The translations under genes were made by a program, and so were the position numbers. The notes beneath the pieces were generated by a model. It saw nothing but the letters and a program-made list of their open reading frames with translations, had not been told where the DNA came from and did no database searches. DNA of 64,000 nucleotides, taken from contig OZ024754.1 of assembly GCA_964016885.1 (NCBI GenBank), positions 27,590,001 to 27,654,000 on the forward strand, in the 5' to 3' direction. Of the stretch, positions 40,185 through 52,649 are shown one piece after another (position 1 is the first letter of the stretch; each line of letters opens with the position of its first letter). The DNA comes from Eledone cirrhosa (lineage: Eukaryota).

Positions 40185-41769
40185 TATCTTCCTTCTATAT
40201 CAAGCGTTAACCTAATATATACCTTCCATATACTGTACCGATTGTGTTGTTATTTCTGTTTACGTTTTACATACATACATATATATTTATATTTATTTAT
40301 GTGTGTGCGCGCGTGTGTGCGTCTGTGTGAGGTGGCTGCTAATTAACAATGCACTAGATTTCAACCATTTAGTTTACTTCCAAAGAGAGGTTGAAATTGT
40401 ATGCATATCAATAAGGTATAACTTTTAACCACACACACAAACACGCACACACAAACACATACACACACACATACACATACACACACACATACACATACAC
40501 ACACATACATATACATACAGTCGGAAAAGTGTATCTTACATTTCTGAAATGCCCACTCAATCTATGTGTGTTTTCTTAAATGGTTAAATGTATCTTAAAC
40601 AATGTATTAATTGTTTCGGTTGTAACACACTATATCAAACCAGATCTCTTGCCAAAGAAGTAAAATTCCAAGATATAAACATAATTTCACAAATCTGTTC
40701 TATATAGAAATATGGCACCGTCGCCAGTTTTATAGTTTAAGATTCTACTTGTGTACATAAAATACATAGCATCTTCCGTTAATCTATAAAATAAAACATG
40801 CACACATCCAAATATTAATACTCGGAATTTGGAGAGTACGGTTACGAAATCCACTTCTTCCTTCAAAAGATTAAAGCTAGCATTGTTTCCAATCTTTCGT
40901 TTTTCTGTATACATATTTAAAAGGATTGTCGTTGAGAAACATTTCAAAAACATTCTTTCAATATCCTCTTAGTTATTTTGCTTGAATTTCAACTATCAAT
41001 ATTATATGAGACCATTCGAATGTCTGCCGTAGATTACAAATCAAGCTACGCACAGTATCAGGTTTGATTTACAGAATTGAGAATCTCAAGCTTTTATATA
41101 TTCTTGTTTATTGTTGTATTTTTGTTAGTTCCGCAACCGTTTGTCTGATTATACATTTCTTTCCTCTATGGTATATCACAATGAGGCAGAGTGTTGTGTT
41201 AATAACGACAGAAGCAGTTGAATTTAAAAGCTAATCGTTCATCATAAAAAACTACGCTCTCTTTTAACTCAAATCTGCCTAAATCATCTTTATGTTATAT
41301 TTCTACTCGATTGAACAGCTGCAGTGATCGGGCTTTCTATAAGTCTGCTCAAGTTCTCTGGAATTAACTTTTGTCCGTACCAAGTGTACTATCTGTGTCA
41401 GTTTAAACCAAATTTAAAAACATACCTTTTATAGAATTTCCATTAGAGAATGGTATTTCAAATTCTCATAATTATACCTTTAAATGAATGTAGGAGGCGA
41501 GTGTTTATAAATAGATTTTCGTTTTGATGGATTTATTAGTGATTTATTGTTATTAAAAATATTAGTATTATTGAAATATTTCTAAACAAAAGTACTTGCA
41601 TTGGAATCAATTTATTTAACTGCCCGGCAGATCTATTAATTTTACAGTATTATGCCTATTTAATAAACCATTATTTTACAGATAGAAGGAAGGAAATTAG
41701 GAACTTCCAATCTTCCCGGAGTAACACATAAAGAGTGAGAGAATAAAAGTGAGAAAGGGATGTAGACGA

Positions 41770-41930
41770 AGAATCGACCCCAGTACTAGACTGGTACTTT
41801 CTTATCGACCTCGAATGGATGAAAGGCAAAGCTGACCTCGGCGGGATTTGAATTCAGAGAGCAGAAAGCCGAAAAGAATGCCACAAAGCATTCTATTTGA
41901 CGTTTCTAACAACTCTGCCAATTCGCCACC
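41770..41930 (-). mobile_element. Old SINE copy
   Basis: atcgaccccagtactagactggtac..ggatgaaaggcaaagctgacctcggcgggatttgaa. Confidence 0.75.
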
Positions 41931-43471
41931 TCTGTTGTATATAGGTATCACCAAATATATAGTCTCTGAGTTCAAATACACGCTAAATACTGGAAGTGCT
42001 TTTATCCGGCATTTAAAGAAACATGATAATTTATTTATGGAATATATCAGGGAAATACACTTTAATAGGAAAAGAAAAAAAGAAAATTTAGATTGAGAAG
42101 AAAGAATGGAATGTGAAGTAGGAAAATATAAAGAAAAAAGAAAAAAACGGAAAAGGGAGGCAATGGCAAGGTCTCTAGTGCCACAGAGGAATGGGGAGGG
42201 GAGAATGAGGGGTATTTGGCTCTGGGTCTAGGGCACAGTTGTAAAGGGGCTGCACCTTGCGGACAAGACCACCAGATTATGTTTGTCTTCCATACTTCCA
42301 GGTGTTGATAGAGTAAAATATGAGTCAAATTGTCTGGTTGGTTGAAATGTATTCCTGTAACGTATTCTAGTGTTGTAAATTTAGTAATTACATAAGACTA
42401 AGATTACTTTAGATAATCAAATCATGTCACATGTTTTCTACAAAATTAGTTATTTTTAGTTATTTTTTTAATTCTTTATTCGTATGCATTCCTAAATTAG
42501 AACTCTAATAATATTCTTTAGGAAACATTTGCCAATATCTTACCTGGAATGTTCACATCAAATTATGTAACTTAATAAGATTCATTTAATATGTTCATGC
42601 CTATATTTTATTTCTTTGCTGTTTTGCATAAAGGGGAAAACATGATAAGATCCATTAGTGAAATGTTTGTTATGTAATATTTGTGTTTTGTTGTGCTGTG
42701 TCATTATATGTTTCATACTGTGTGTTATATGTGTGATTACTCTGGCATATGTGTATGTAAGTGTGTGTGTGTGTAAGAGTGGAGTGCGTGTGTATGTAAG
42801 TGTGTGTGTGTTAGAGTGGAGTGCGTGTGTAAGAGAGTGTGTGTAAGAATACGTGTGTAAGTGTGCGAGTGCATGTGTGTATATATGTAAGACTATGAGT
42901 GTGTGTATATTTTATTGTGTTGGATATGTTTAGTAGTTTTAGTGTTTATATGTGCAACATATAAATGTCAGCTTTGTCATATGTTGACTGTTCTGTTCGT
43001 CTGTATGTGTGTGTGTGTGTGTGTTTATCATAATTTAGTGTCAGTTTGTGAGTGTGTGTGAGAGTGTGTGTTTATCATGTGTTTAGCATCTTTGTGTATG
43101 TTACTGTGTATGTTTGTTCATGCGACGAATGTGTGAGGTTTCATTGCCGTACACTGTCCGCACGTTGTGTGTTTATATGACAGTGTATGCGTGTGCATGC
43201 GTGTGTATGCGTGTGTATGCATGTGTATGTGTGTATATGCGTATGTATGTGTGTGTATGTGTGTGTATGTGTGTGTATGCATACGCGTGTGTGTGGGGCT
43301 GTGTTTTATATGGCTAAGCGGGTGTTTACGTGTGTTAAGGAGAAGAATGAAAGCATGGTGTGTATGTGAACGTGTAATTCAGGTATTTTGAACGATACTG
43401 TGTATATATAAGTTGTTCTAATGTTGTGCATATACGTAATGCGTGTGTGTTTGTGTATGCCTGCAATATCA

Positions 43472-43527
<56 letters not shown>

Positions 43528-43545
43528 TTGTGTGTGCGTAGTGTA

Positions 43546-43726
43546 AATAATTGTTTCTATTTTAGGCACAAGGCGAGCAATTACCCAGTGCATTACTGGT
43601 ACTTTATTTTATCGACCCCGTAAGGATGAAAGTCAAAGTCAACCTCGGTGGGATTTGAACTCAGATCGTAAAGGGACGTAACTATGCTGGAAAGAATGGC
43701 GTCCGACCCTCTACCGATACTGCCAA
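43546..43726 (-). mobile_element. SINE
   Basis: Young family match. Confidence 0.9.
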
Positions 43727-44396
43727 AATACCATTGGTGTAATACCGTGGTGTAAATAATGACTACATATTTTATAATTAGAATGAAAGATGATAAAACA
43801 GTGACAAAACAGTGCGGAACAAAATGGCGGAAATATTTGAAATATACATTTCCCGGATCGATATCTCTTAAATGTTTTCTGGATGGCGATGGAATAATTC
43901 TAGGATAAATATTACGGGGAGGGGTGTTTAGAATACTTGCTAAAATAGTAGAGTACCATTTTAATGTGAGGTTTGGTCATTTCTGGTACAAGATACGGTA
44001 TATCTCAACAAAAACTTTAACATCGTAAACAAGTCAGGTAATTACACATCGTAAACTTTGGATACTGCGGTAGACCACGTGCAAAAATAACGTCAATATA
44101 GGTTTCTAGTTTAGGCAGAAGGCCATCATATATAGGAGGTGAGGATAAATATCGATCATATCAAACACCGTGCTTGCTGGTTCGTTAATTTATCGATTTC
44201 GGCCTTCCGAAGTCAATGAAAGGCAAGATTTGAACTCAGTATCTAAGACGCCAGAATAAATTTATAACTGGTACTTTATTTCATTGACTCCTGGAGGTGT
44301 GAAATGCAAAGGTTTTGAATTCAGAACAAATAATTCGGGGCGTTTTGTTTGACACCTTAAAGTTTCTGCCAAACTATCAACGTAATATTTGCTGAA

Positions 44397-44790
44397 ATAA
44401 TTGTTTCTACTTTTGGCACAAGGCCAGCAATTATCTCAGTGTATTACTGGTACTTTATTTTATCGACCCTGTAAGGGTGAAAGGCAAAGTTAACCTCGGC
44501 GGGATTTGAACTCAGACCATAAAGGGCCGTAACTCTTTGCTGCAAAGCATGGCGTCCGACCTTCTACCGATACTGCCAATCCACCGCCGTCTTATTTGCT
44601 GAAATAATTGTTTCTACTTTAGGCACAAGGCCAGCAATTACCCAGTGCATTACTGGTACTTTATTTTATCGACCCCGTAAGGATGAAAGGCAAAGTCAAC
44701 CTCGGCGGGATTTGAACTCAGATCGTAAAGGGACGTAACTATGCTGGAAAGCATGGCGTCCGACTTTCTACCGATACTGCCAATCCACCG
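44397..44790 (-). mobile_element. Two full-length SINEs in tandem
   Basis: Copies 44397-44588 and 44604-44790; TGCTGAAATAAT at 44390, 44597, 44791. Confidence 0.9.
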
Positions 44791-44810
44791 TGCTGAAATA
44801 ATGATCATCA

Positions 44811-45045
44811 GAAATAGTGTCCCATTTGTATCACGCCGTGAAATATCTTAGTCATGGCAAGTATCACACAAACCTGTGAACCACTTATATCAAAAAGATA
44901 ATCTCTATGATCCTACCAACCACCGAAATAGTGTCCGATTTTTATCACACTGTGTAATATCTTAGTCACAGAAAGTATTACACAAATGTGTACCCCTGTT
45001 AACTTATATCAAAATGACGATCTCAATAATCCTACTAACTACAGG
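44811..45045. repeat. ~114-bp diverged tandem dimer
   Basis: gaaatagtgtcc..aatatcttagtca..acttatatcaaaa at 44811 and 44925. Confidence 0.7.
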
Positions 45046-45321
45046 AATCTTGTTATCATTCCCAATATCTCAAAAAATCATAAAAACAATCTACTTTATC
45101 ATCTTAAGTATCTTTCTCATATAAGCCGTTGTAAATACTGTTTTATTAGAGCCAGATCTAGAAGTGATATGTATTCCTATATTACATTCCGTACATTACA
45201 CCTGTATAACCACTTCGGTGAAAGTATTGCTGCTGTATTTAAAAGAAACAAACATTTTCGTTATGTCGAGCATAAAATAACCCCTCGCTGAATTTCCCAA
45301 TGCCAAAACCACATCTCCCCC

Positions 45322-45403
<82 letters not shown>

Positions 45404-45443
45404 AGAATATTAATAAATGGAAATATCTTTATAAAACCATATT

Positions 45444-45504
45444 TATTTTATTATACGTATTTCAAGGGTACTAATATTTAAGTACGCTTTCGTCAGATAA
45501 AATA
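45444..45504 (-). ncRNA. Type I hammerhead ribozyme related to family F
   Basis: Minus: TATTTTAT-CTGACGA-AAGCGTACT..AGTACCCTT-GAAA-TACGTA-TA-ATAAAATA. Confidence 0.85.
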
Positions 45505-45818
45505 TAATATTTGGTGTTAAGATAGTGACATGTCTTCATGTCTTAATGGTATAAGCCCAATATATATTTCGGCTGACTGCCACAGTAGCGATGGATAGCA
45601 GTAAATTTTGGCAAGGCATAGGTGGGTCACTGACAGCGAATTTCGTTGAAATCTGCGGTGCTAATGGTCAACTTCCTTCGGACATGCGCTTGCGCAGACC
45701 GGTGGGGGTGAATTGGTACTCACAAGGGAACGGATGAAAAACCCAAAGGCACGAACTTCATCCGTTCCCATGTCAATTCAATTTGGATTGCCTCGGAAAC
45801 AAACTTATTATGTAACAA

Positions 45819-45892
45819 GCTGTCTGATGATGTCACGACACTCGCACACAAAACAGTGTGGCCAGTGTCGTCATTGAAATATATATCACAGC
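45819..45892 (+). ncRNA. Type I hammerhead ribozyme, family J
   Basis: GCTGT-CTGATGA-long stem II (ACGACACT/AGTGTCGT, CACAC/GTGTG)-GAAA-TATATA-TC-ACAGC. Confidence 0.85.
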
Positions 45893-46011
45893 ATTATTAT
45901 TAAAGGACTTGAACATCTGAAACTACTTCGCTTTTACTTATTCTATATATATATATATATATATAGTAATAATAATAAAATTGAAGACTAAAATCCAAAG
46001 AGGGCTCGATA

Positions 46012-46066
46012 AGAGTTTCAGAAGATCCCGTTAAGTGTGAAAGCAGCGATTCTTTGCTTAAACTTT
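46012..46066 (+). ncRNA. Hammerhead motif, family K (core mutated)
   Basis: AGAGTTT-CAGAAGA-TCCCgttaaGTGT-GAAA-GCA..TGC-TT-AAACTTT. Confidence 0.6.
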
Positions 46067-46176
46067 AATCTGTTATTTTAATAAATATATATATATATAT
46101 ATATATCCCTCTCTCTACATATCTACCTCTTTTTGTGTGTTTATGTATATATATGTAAACAGGCGCATATATACAC

Positions 46177-46239
<63 letters not shown>

Positions 46240-46293
46240 GAACAGATTAAATTTTAAGCAAAGAATCGCTGCTTTCACCCGTCAGTCTTAACG

Positions 46294-46348
46294 AAATCTT
46301 CTGAAGATCCCGTTAAGGGTGAAAGCAGCGATTGTTTGCTTAAGCTTT
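46294..46348 (+). ncRNA. Hammerhead motif, family K, preceded by inverted partial copy 46234-46280
   Basis: AAATCTT-CTGAAGA-TCCCgttaaGGGT-GAAA-GCA..TGC-TT-AAGCTTT. Confidence 0.75.
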
Positions 46349-46527
46349 AATCTATTATTATAATAAATATTTGGTCTACGGGTTTTATATTTATATCTAT
46401 TATATATGTATATATATATATAAACCTTATCGAGCCCCCTTCGGATTTTAGTTATCACATTTATTATTACTATGTATATATATATAATATATATATATAC
46501 ATATATATATATATAATATATATATAT

Positions 46528-46603
<76 letters not shown>

Positions 46604-46621
46604 TATATAATATATATATAT

Positions 46622-46683
<62 letters not shown>

Positions 46684-46764
46684 CGAAGGAAATGTGGTAA
46701 GGAACCAGATGGAAAACAACGCACCAAAGTACTCAATACTTAGGGTAGTAGAGTGGGTAATAGG

Positions 46765-46836
46765 AACGAGTAGGACCCCGACGGCTGAATTAGCCGTCGA
46801 AACGGCTTGAGCTCAGCCGTCGGGGTCCTACTCGTT
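46765..46836. repeat. Perfect 24-bp inverted repeat made of two hammerhead 3' halves
   Basis: AACGAGTAGGACCCCGACGGCTGA / TCAGCCGTCGGGGTCCTACTCGTT; plus strand from 46799 reads GAAA-CGGCT..AGCCG-TC-GGGGTCC. Confidence 0.7.
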
Positions 46837-46874
46837 TATATATATATATATATAGTCTTCAAATTTATTATTAT

Positions 46875-46940
<66 letters not shown>

Positions 46941-47244
46941 TGGCTCTCGATTTCGAGATTCGATAAACTCTCACATATTAATATGACGCAAATGACGTTT
47001 TAGCTCAGCCAAGGACTTACATTTCTTTCTGCCCCGCAATGACGTGAGATAGAAGTAAGGCCCTTGCTGATGCAACACATGTGAAAGAGGTTTAGATGTA
47101 TACATATTACACACACACACATTTATTTATATTTTTAAATTCCTAAGCACAATTCCAATTGTAAAAGCACTGCTACGTAGACGTAAACACCCGTCTTACC
47201 TTCTTGCCGCCTTGCAACTAAATATTATTTTCAATCAATCCCTT

Positions 47245-47365
47245 TATGATCTGAGTTCAAATCCCGCCGAGGTTAACTTTGCCTTTCATCCTTACGGAGT
47301 CGATAAAATAAAGTACCAGTAATGTACTGGGTAATTGCTGGCCTTGTGCCTAAAATAGAAACAAT
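47245..47365 (+). mobile_element. 5'-truncated SINE
   Basis: B-box to tail match. Confidence 0.85.
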
Positions 47366-48503
47366 TTTTTTCCATCAAGCTAAACATACAGACAACATTT
47401 GCAATTCGATAAGCACATCCGCCACCCTGGACGATTGTTTCCCCAGTGAGAATAATAGCCACCAATTCTTCACTAATCCTAGAATTTAGTCGTTACTTTA
47501 TCAAGTGAGGGAGAAATAGCAACCACATTCCAGCGACTCTGTCGATTTTATTGATCCGGGAAAGGTTTCAAATACAATACACACTTTTTCGTCCTCCAGT
47601 AATTTTCAAGCAAGATCCACTTTCGATTCTAATAATGAATAGTCTACATCTTAAATATATCAAATGAAATCAAATATACGTTACTACATTAACAGTTTAT
47701 AAATATCAAATATTGAACTTAGAGATTTAATCCTGTTTAGGATTTCATAATCATTGAAATTCGGAAAGCGTACTTATGTATTAACGTAAGCATGGTGTAC
47801 GGCTGAACACTTAATAGGCGACAATTTAAAATTCGGGATGAATTGATGAATCATTTGATTGCAAAGAGTGGAACGTAACCTGGGTCTCTGAGAGCTGCTG
47901 CTATGTACCAAACGCTTAAAAATAGTTATTTTATGAATCTACAGTGATAATGTTTTCTTAAGATATATTTCTCAAATGCATAATGCCATAATTATTTCTC
48001 ATTTTGCAATATATATCGTTATATACTATCAAAATCCTTGGGTAGAGAGCCTATTTTTTTTTCTTGAATTAAAGAACAATTTCCACAAAGGAAATATTGC
48101 AGTTAAAACAGCTAAAACCAAAACCAAAGTAAGTTAACTAAAATAAAATTAAGCAGTCGATTGATGATAAAATATATGAGTGGGGGTAGGGTCGTAACTT
48201 TTTTTTATCGATAGCTGACTGATTTTTATCAAAACAACTCTAGGCAAATACCGAAACATCAATAGCTTATATTTTCAGTCAATATTGTTATCTGTTTGCA
48301 AATCCTAGAAACCTGCAAGCTTTTTAGATCGACTTAAAAAGATAATAACATAAAAATTTGAAAAGTGAATATAGCGAAACGTGTGTATAGTAAAAGGAAA
48401 GAAGCAAGGAAAACTGGGTGATGACAGTTCTGTTTCGATTTATGTGGCACTCGTAAAAACAATCAATACACAGCTATGGATATCATCAGAAAATGTGCAG
48501 TTA

Positions 48504-48557
<54 letters not shown>

Positions 48558-48627
48558 TGGGTATCCAAAAATGTATATATACTTTGATTAGAATGCTGTT
48601 GAAGAGTGTATACATTTTTGGGACAGC

Positions 48628-48669
<42 letters not shown>

Positions 48670-49015
48670 AACTAGGGTTTTTAGAGCTCTGCTGACGTTC
48701 GATTCCAACCGTGACCATCCCCACTGAAAGTTTCGTGAAATAGTCTTTTTAAGACTATACAGAGCATTTGTAGATTTTCCAAATTGTTGGATGAGTATTT
48801 AGACTTTATTTTATTCTGAATTAAGGGTCTATTGATTTTTCCCTGGATTTCACAAAATTCTGTGGATAAGTCAATGTCTTGATTTTTTTTAAATTGAGTT
48901 TGAATTATTTTCCCACATCTTACGCTAACTATTTTTCCATTTTGACGTTATAGTCGTTATATATATTATGAAATACTGTTGGCTTCACGCTCACAATAGT
49001 TTCTATACTTTAATT
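48670..49015 (+). mobile_element. Family D retrozyme-like copy with HHR at 48686-48765
   Basis: GCTCTG-CTGACGT-..-GAAA-TAGTCTTtttAAGACTA-TA-CAGAGC then tail homologous to 9700-9950; (TA)n both sides. Confidence 0.8.
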
Positions 49016-49017
49016 TA

Positions 49018-49054
<37 letters not shown>

Positions 49055-49320
49055 TAAAACATGTCTATAGAATCACAAGATAAAATATATACTATTTCCT
49101 CTCCCAATTAGCATAATTAACTATATAAAAAATCGAATAGACCAGGCTATACGAATGAGGCTTCTATGAAGGAATCTCCGACAAATAACCAAAACTACCG
49201 CTTCGCGTCGGCCGTAGCGGAATATTTATCGAATATTTCGACAGCGTAATCGCCTAGATATAGTCAACTAAACAGAATTAGGTTTAAAATAAACTAGGAG
49301 AAAATAGAATACATTTAAAT

Positions 49321-49408
49321 ACCTCTACCATGGTTTCGTCCGTGTTTTGAGTTTTCCAATAATTATGTAATAATTATATAAACTCGAGCGCCGGATTCTT
49401 CAGGAAGC
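49321..49408 (-). ncRNA. Type I hammerhead with long stem II, family O
   Basis: Minus: GCTTC-CTGAAGA-ATCCG..GAGTTT..AAACTC..CGGAC-GAAA-CCATGG-TA-GAGGT; downstream tail 49051-49135 resembles 16563-16652. Confidence 0.75.
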
Positions 49409-49643
49409 TCGCTCATATCTAGACATTAAATTTTCCAAAGCGATCGCGCCAAGAATTCATTTCAAAATGGCTAAAAATCGTGACGTAGTCGCGGTCAAGT
49501 TGGAAGGGATGTGGTAGTTGCTTACGACTGGTGACATTTTTGCTAGAAAGCACAGCACAATACAGCCAAATTTGTATCTCAACCTAGTGGCAGATTATTA
49601 CATATAAAAGTTTACATATATATATACATACACATACATATAC

Positions 49644-49694
<51 letters not shown>

Positions 49695-49720
49695 TGGTCA
49701 CACAACAGTTAGTTCACCAT

Positions 49721-49760
49721 ACCGAGAACAATTGTTTCACCTTAGTGGATCCTCAGCTCG
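49721..49760 (-). ncRNA. Type I hammerhead, family A, with inverted partial copy 49764-49787
   Basis: Minus: CGAG-CTGAGGA-TCCactaaGGT-GAAA-CAATTG-TT-CTCGGT. Confidence 0.82.
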
Positions 49761-49787
49761 TAAACCGAGCTGAGGATCCGCTAAGGT

Positions 49788-49905
49788 CTGAGTTCAAATC
49801 CCGCCGAGGTTAACTTTGTCTTTCATCCTTACGGGGTTAATAAAATAAAGTACCAGTAATGCACTGGGTAATTGCTGGCCTTGTGCCTAAAGTAGAAACA
49901 ATTAA
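49788..49905 (+). mobile_element. 5'-truncated SINE
   Basis: CTGAGTTCAAATCCC..GAAACAATT. Confidence 0.85.
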
Positions 49906-49914
49906 TAATAATAT

Positions 49915-50225
49915 TCTATTCGATTCGTTTGTAAACAAACGGTCCGATTTGAAGCTGTGCCGTGCCGGTGAACGATCGTCACCTGTTTGTTCAACACTGG
50001 TTTTGAGGAACAATCAACAAGTTTCTGTGTCATTACCCTTTATCAGGACTGTATACCTCTGTCAGTCTGTTGAACGGTTGAAAATATATAGTATTGTCTT
50101 ACGTACACATCGGCTGAGTAGAATACAGAGCGAGTTACGGCTGGCCTTGCCGAATATTAAAAATAAAATTTGAATTTTTTTTCTCGCCATAGCCAGTTGA
50201 TATATAAATGTAAGTATGCACACGT
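49915..50225 (-). mobile_element. Diverged relative of the 466-bp unit with degenerate HHR (50010-50052)
   Basis: Shares ttcgtttgtaaacaaac, gtcacctNtttgttcaacactg, cggctgag, taaatgtaagtatgca; minus ACAGTC-CTGATAA..GAAA-CTTG-TT-GATTGT; second fragment ~50670-50775. Confidence 0.7.
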
Positions 50226-50252
50226 AAGTATATATATATATATATATGTGTG

Positions 50253-50300
<48 letters not shown>

Positions 50301-50314
50301 TTTTAATATAGATG

Positions 50315-50365
50315 AGATTCTACAGGACTAGAACTGTTTCATTCTTTAGAAATCATCAGGAATCT
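50315..50365 (-). ncRNA. Type I hammerhead, family M (mirror copy)
   Basis: Reverse complement of 50403-50453. Confidence 0.82.
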
Positions 50366-50402
50366 GGGTATCAAAAGATAAATATGGTATTTTTTGATAC
50401 CC

Positions 50403-50453
50403 AGATTCCTGATGATTTCTAAAGAATGAAACAGTTCTAGTCCTGTAGAATCT
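50403..50453 (+). ncRNA. Type I hammerhead, family M
   Basis: AGATTC-CTGATGA-TTTCTaaAGAAT-GAAA-CAGttctagtcCTG-TA-GAATCT. Confidence 0.85.
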
Positions 50454-50535
50454 CATCTATATTAAAACTTTTATACTCTGCAATGTATTGAGTACCTTAC
50501 TTACTGTGGTTACCTCCGATTCAAGCCGGAATAAC

Positions 50536-50605
<70 letters not shown>

Positions 50606-50832
50606 GTATATATATAAATACACATATATACACTTATATATGTACGCATGGGTTATATCGAACATTGATAATAATGTTCGATTTGTTTGTAAACAAACGG
50701 CCCGATTTGAAGCTGAGTCGTGCCGATGACCAATCATCACCTGTTTGTTAAACACTGGCTTTGAGGAACAATCAAATATATACATTTATAAGTGTGTGTT
50801 TGTGTGTGGTATATATATATATATATATATAA

Positions 50833-50891
<59 letters not shown>

Positions 50892-51152
50892 AACAAAATA
50901 TAAAACAATCAAATTTTTGTTTAATGCATTTGATTACTGACGTTCGGAGCATACACAATGTTTAAACAAGTAATTACATTCCTAGTCTTTAGACGATTCA
51001 TTAAGATACATTATTAACAGCGTCAGTGACATCATATTCAAAAACAAGAGTAATAAAATGATAATATAGTGAAAAGATAGAAAAATATTGGAAGCTGTTA
51101 TAAGGAGGGTATTACTAACTGTGAGTATATGAAGCATATTACACAGTAAGTT

Positions 51153-51333
51153 AATAATTGTTTCTACTTTAGGCACAAGGATAGCAATTACCCAGTACAT
51201 TACTGGTACTTTATTTTATCGACCCCGTAAGGATGAAAGACAAAGGTAACCTCGGCGGGATTTGAACTCAGACTGTAAAGGGACGTAACTATGCTAGAAA
51301 GCATGGCGTCCAACCCTCTACCGATACTGCCAA
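51153..51333 (-). mobile_element. SINE with TSD inside a diverged ~150-bp tandem repeat
   Basis: TSD AAGTTAATAAT at 51148/51334; flanks repeat aagcatattacaca..atgcattaaggtaa. Confidence 0.88.
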
Positions 51334-52015
51334 AAGTTAATAATAGTATGCATTAAGGTAATACAGATGCAAAATGATAGCAAGCATATACATGATATTA
51401 CAGTAAAAAGATATCAAAATATTGAAAGATGTTATAAGAAGTGTATAACTAAAAGTGAATATATCAAGCATATTACACACAGAATATTAATAATAGCATG
51501 CATTAAGGTAAAACAGATACATAATGATAGCATAAATATAAATATTATGTAAATATTATATTGTGAATTAGTTGCATTCAAAGATGTTTATATTGGAGTT
51601 AATGTAAAAATGTTTATGCTGGGGGTAATATGAAGAGTTTATGTAAATATATATATATAGTTATTTGGTATAGTCTCAACAGAGGCCGCCCCCCGTTTCA
51701 GTTTCATATGTTACTGGTGATTAAGTGTTTTTGCAGTTGGTAATAATTAATTTTTTTCTTACTTCCTTTTTATAACTTGCTTGTTAGTTAAATATAAACT
51801 ACCATCAATTTCATGATATCGCTGTATTTCTCATGTCAACTGATAACTATTTCAGAGATAACCAATCACCCGATAATAACTAAGATATTGTCCTTCGAAA
51901 CAAGAAACCTTCGTTCTTTCATGAAATACACGAGATATATTAAGATATATATCTAATAAACTGTAACATTCTCATAAATGTGCCATACTTGGTAGATATC
52001 TAAGGCAAGAATTCG

Positions 52016-52125
<110 letters not shown>

Positions 52126-52590
52126 AGAGAGGGATGGGGAAGAGAGAAGGGAAGAAAGAAAAAGAGAGGGTGAATAAATAGAACAAATATGTAGAGCAAC
52201 TCAGTTTAGTTACAATAACCAACAAAGGAAAAACTACTTTTGAAAATTCTATTGATTTGTGTAAGACACGGTGGAAGTCGTTCCACTCGATAGAACACTT
52301 GACAGCAACTATTAATGTTTGGCATTAGAAATGGCAATGTAGGAAATCTTGTAGAAGAGGATTCACGTGATTATAACAATTTCCTATTGAATAACAAAGA
52401 TTCTGTCTGAAATTCGATAATAATCTATTTCAATGGTTGTTAGGCTTCGTTATTTTACACACATACACACAGACACACACTCACACACACTCACATACAC
52501 ACACACACTCACATGCACACACACACACACACATACACACACATACACACACATACACACACGCATAACTATATGTATATACATATAATG

Positions 52591-52649
<59 letters not shown>

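Larger units (their letters stand above)
39265..40270 (+). mobile_element. Penelope-like element 3' part: GIY-YIG endonuclease and pLTR
   Basis: FTCTSTHVVYALRCSLCGSLYIRQTGRRMADRFAEHLKDI..PVARHL..LGSYSPLGLN; HHR at 40147. Confidence 0.85.
50298..50540 (+). mobile_element. Fold-back HHR element, family M (79-bp perfect inverted arms plus tail)
   Basis: Arms 50298-50376 and 50392-50470; tail 50460-50540 matches 38300-38380; (TA)n both sides. Confidence 0.88.

Noticed and set aside
47060-47100. CTGATGC-aacacatgt-GAAA
   Set aside because: Mutated core, no stem I or III.
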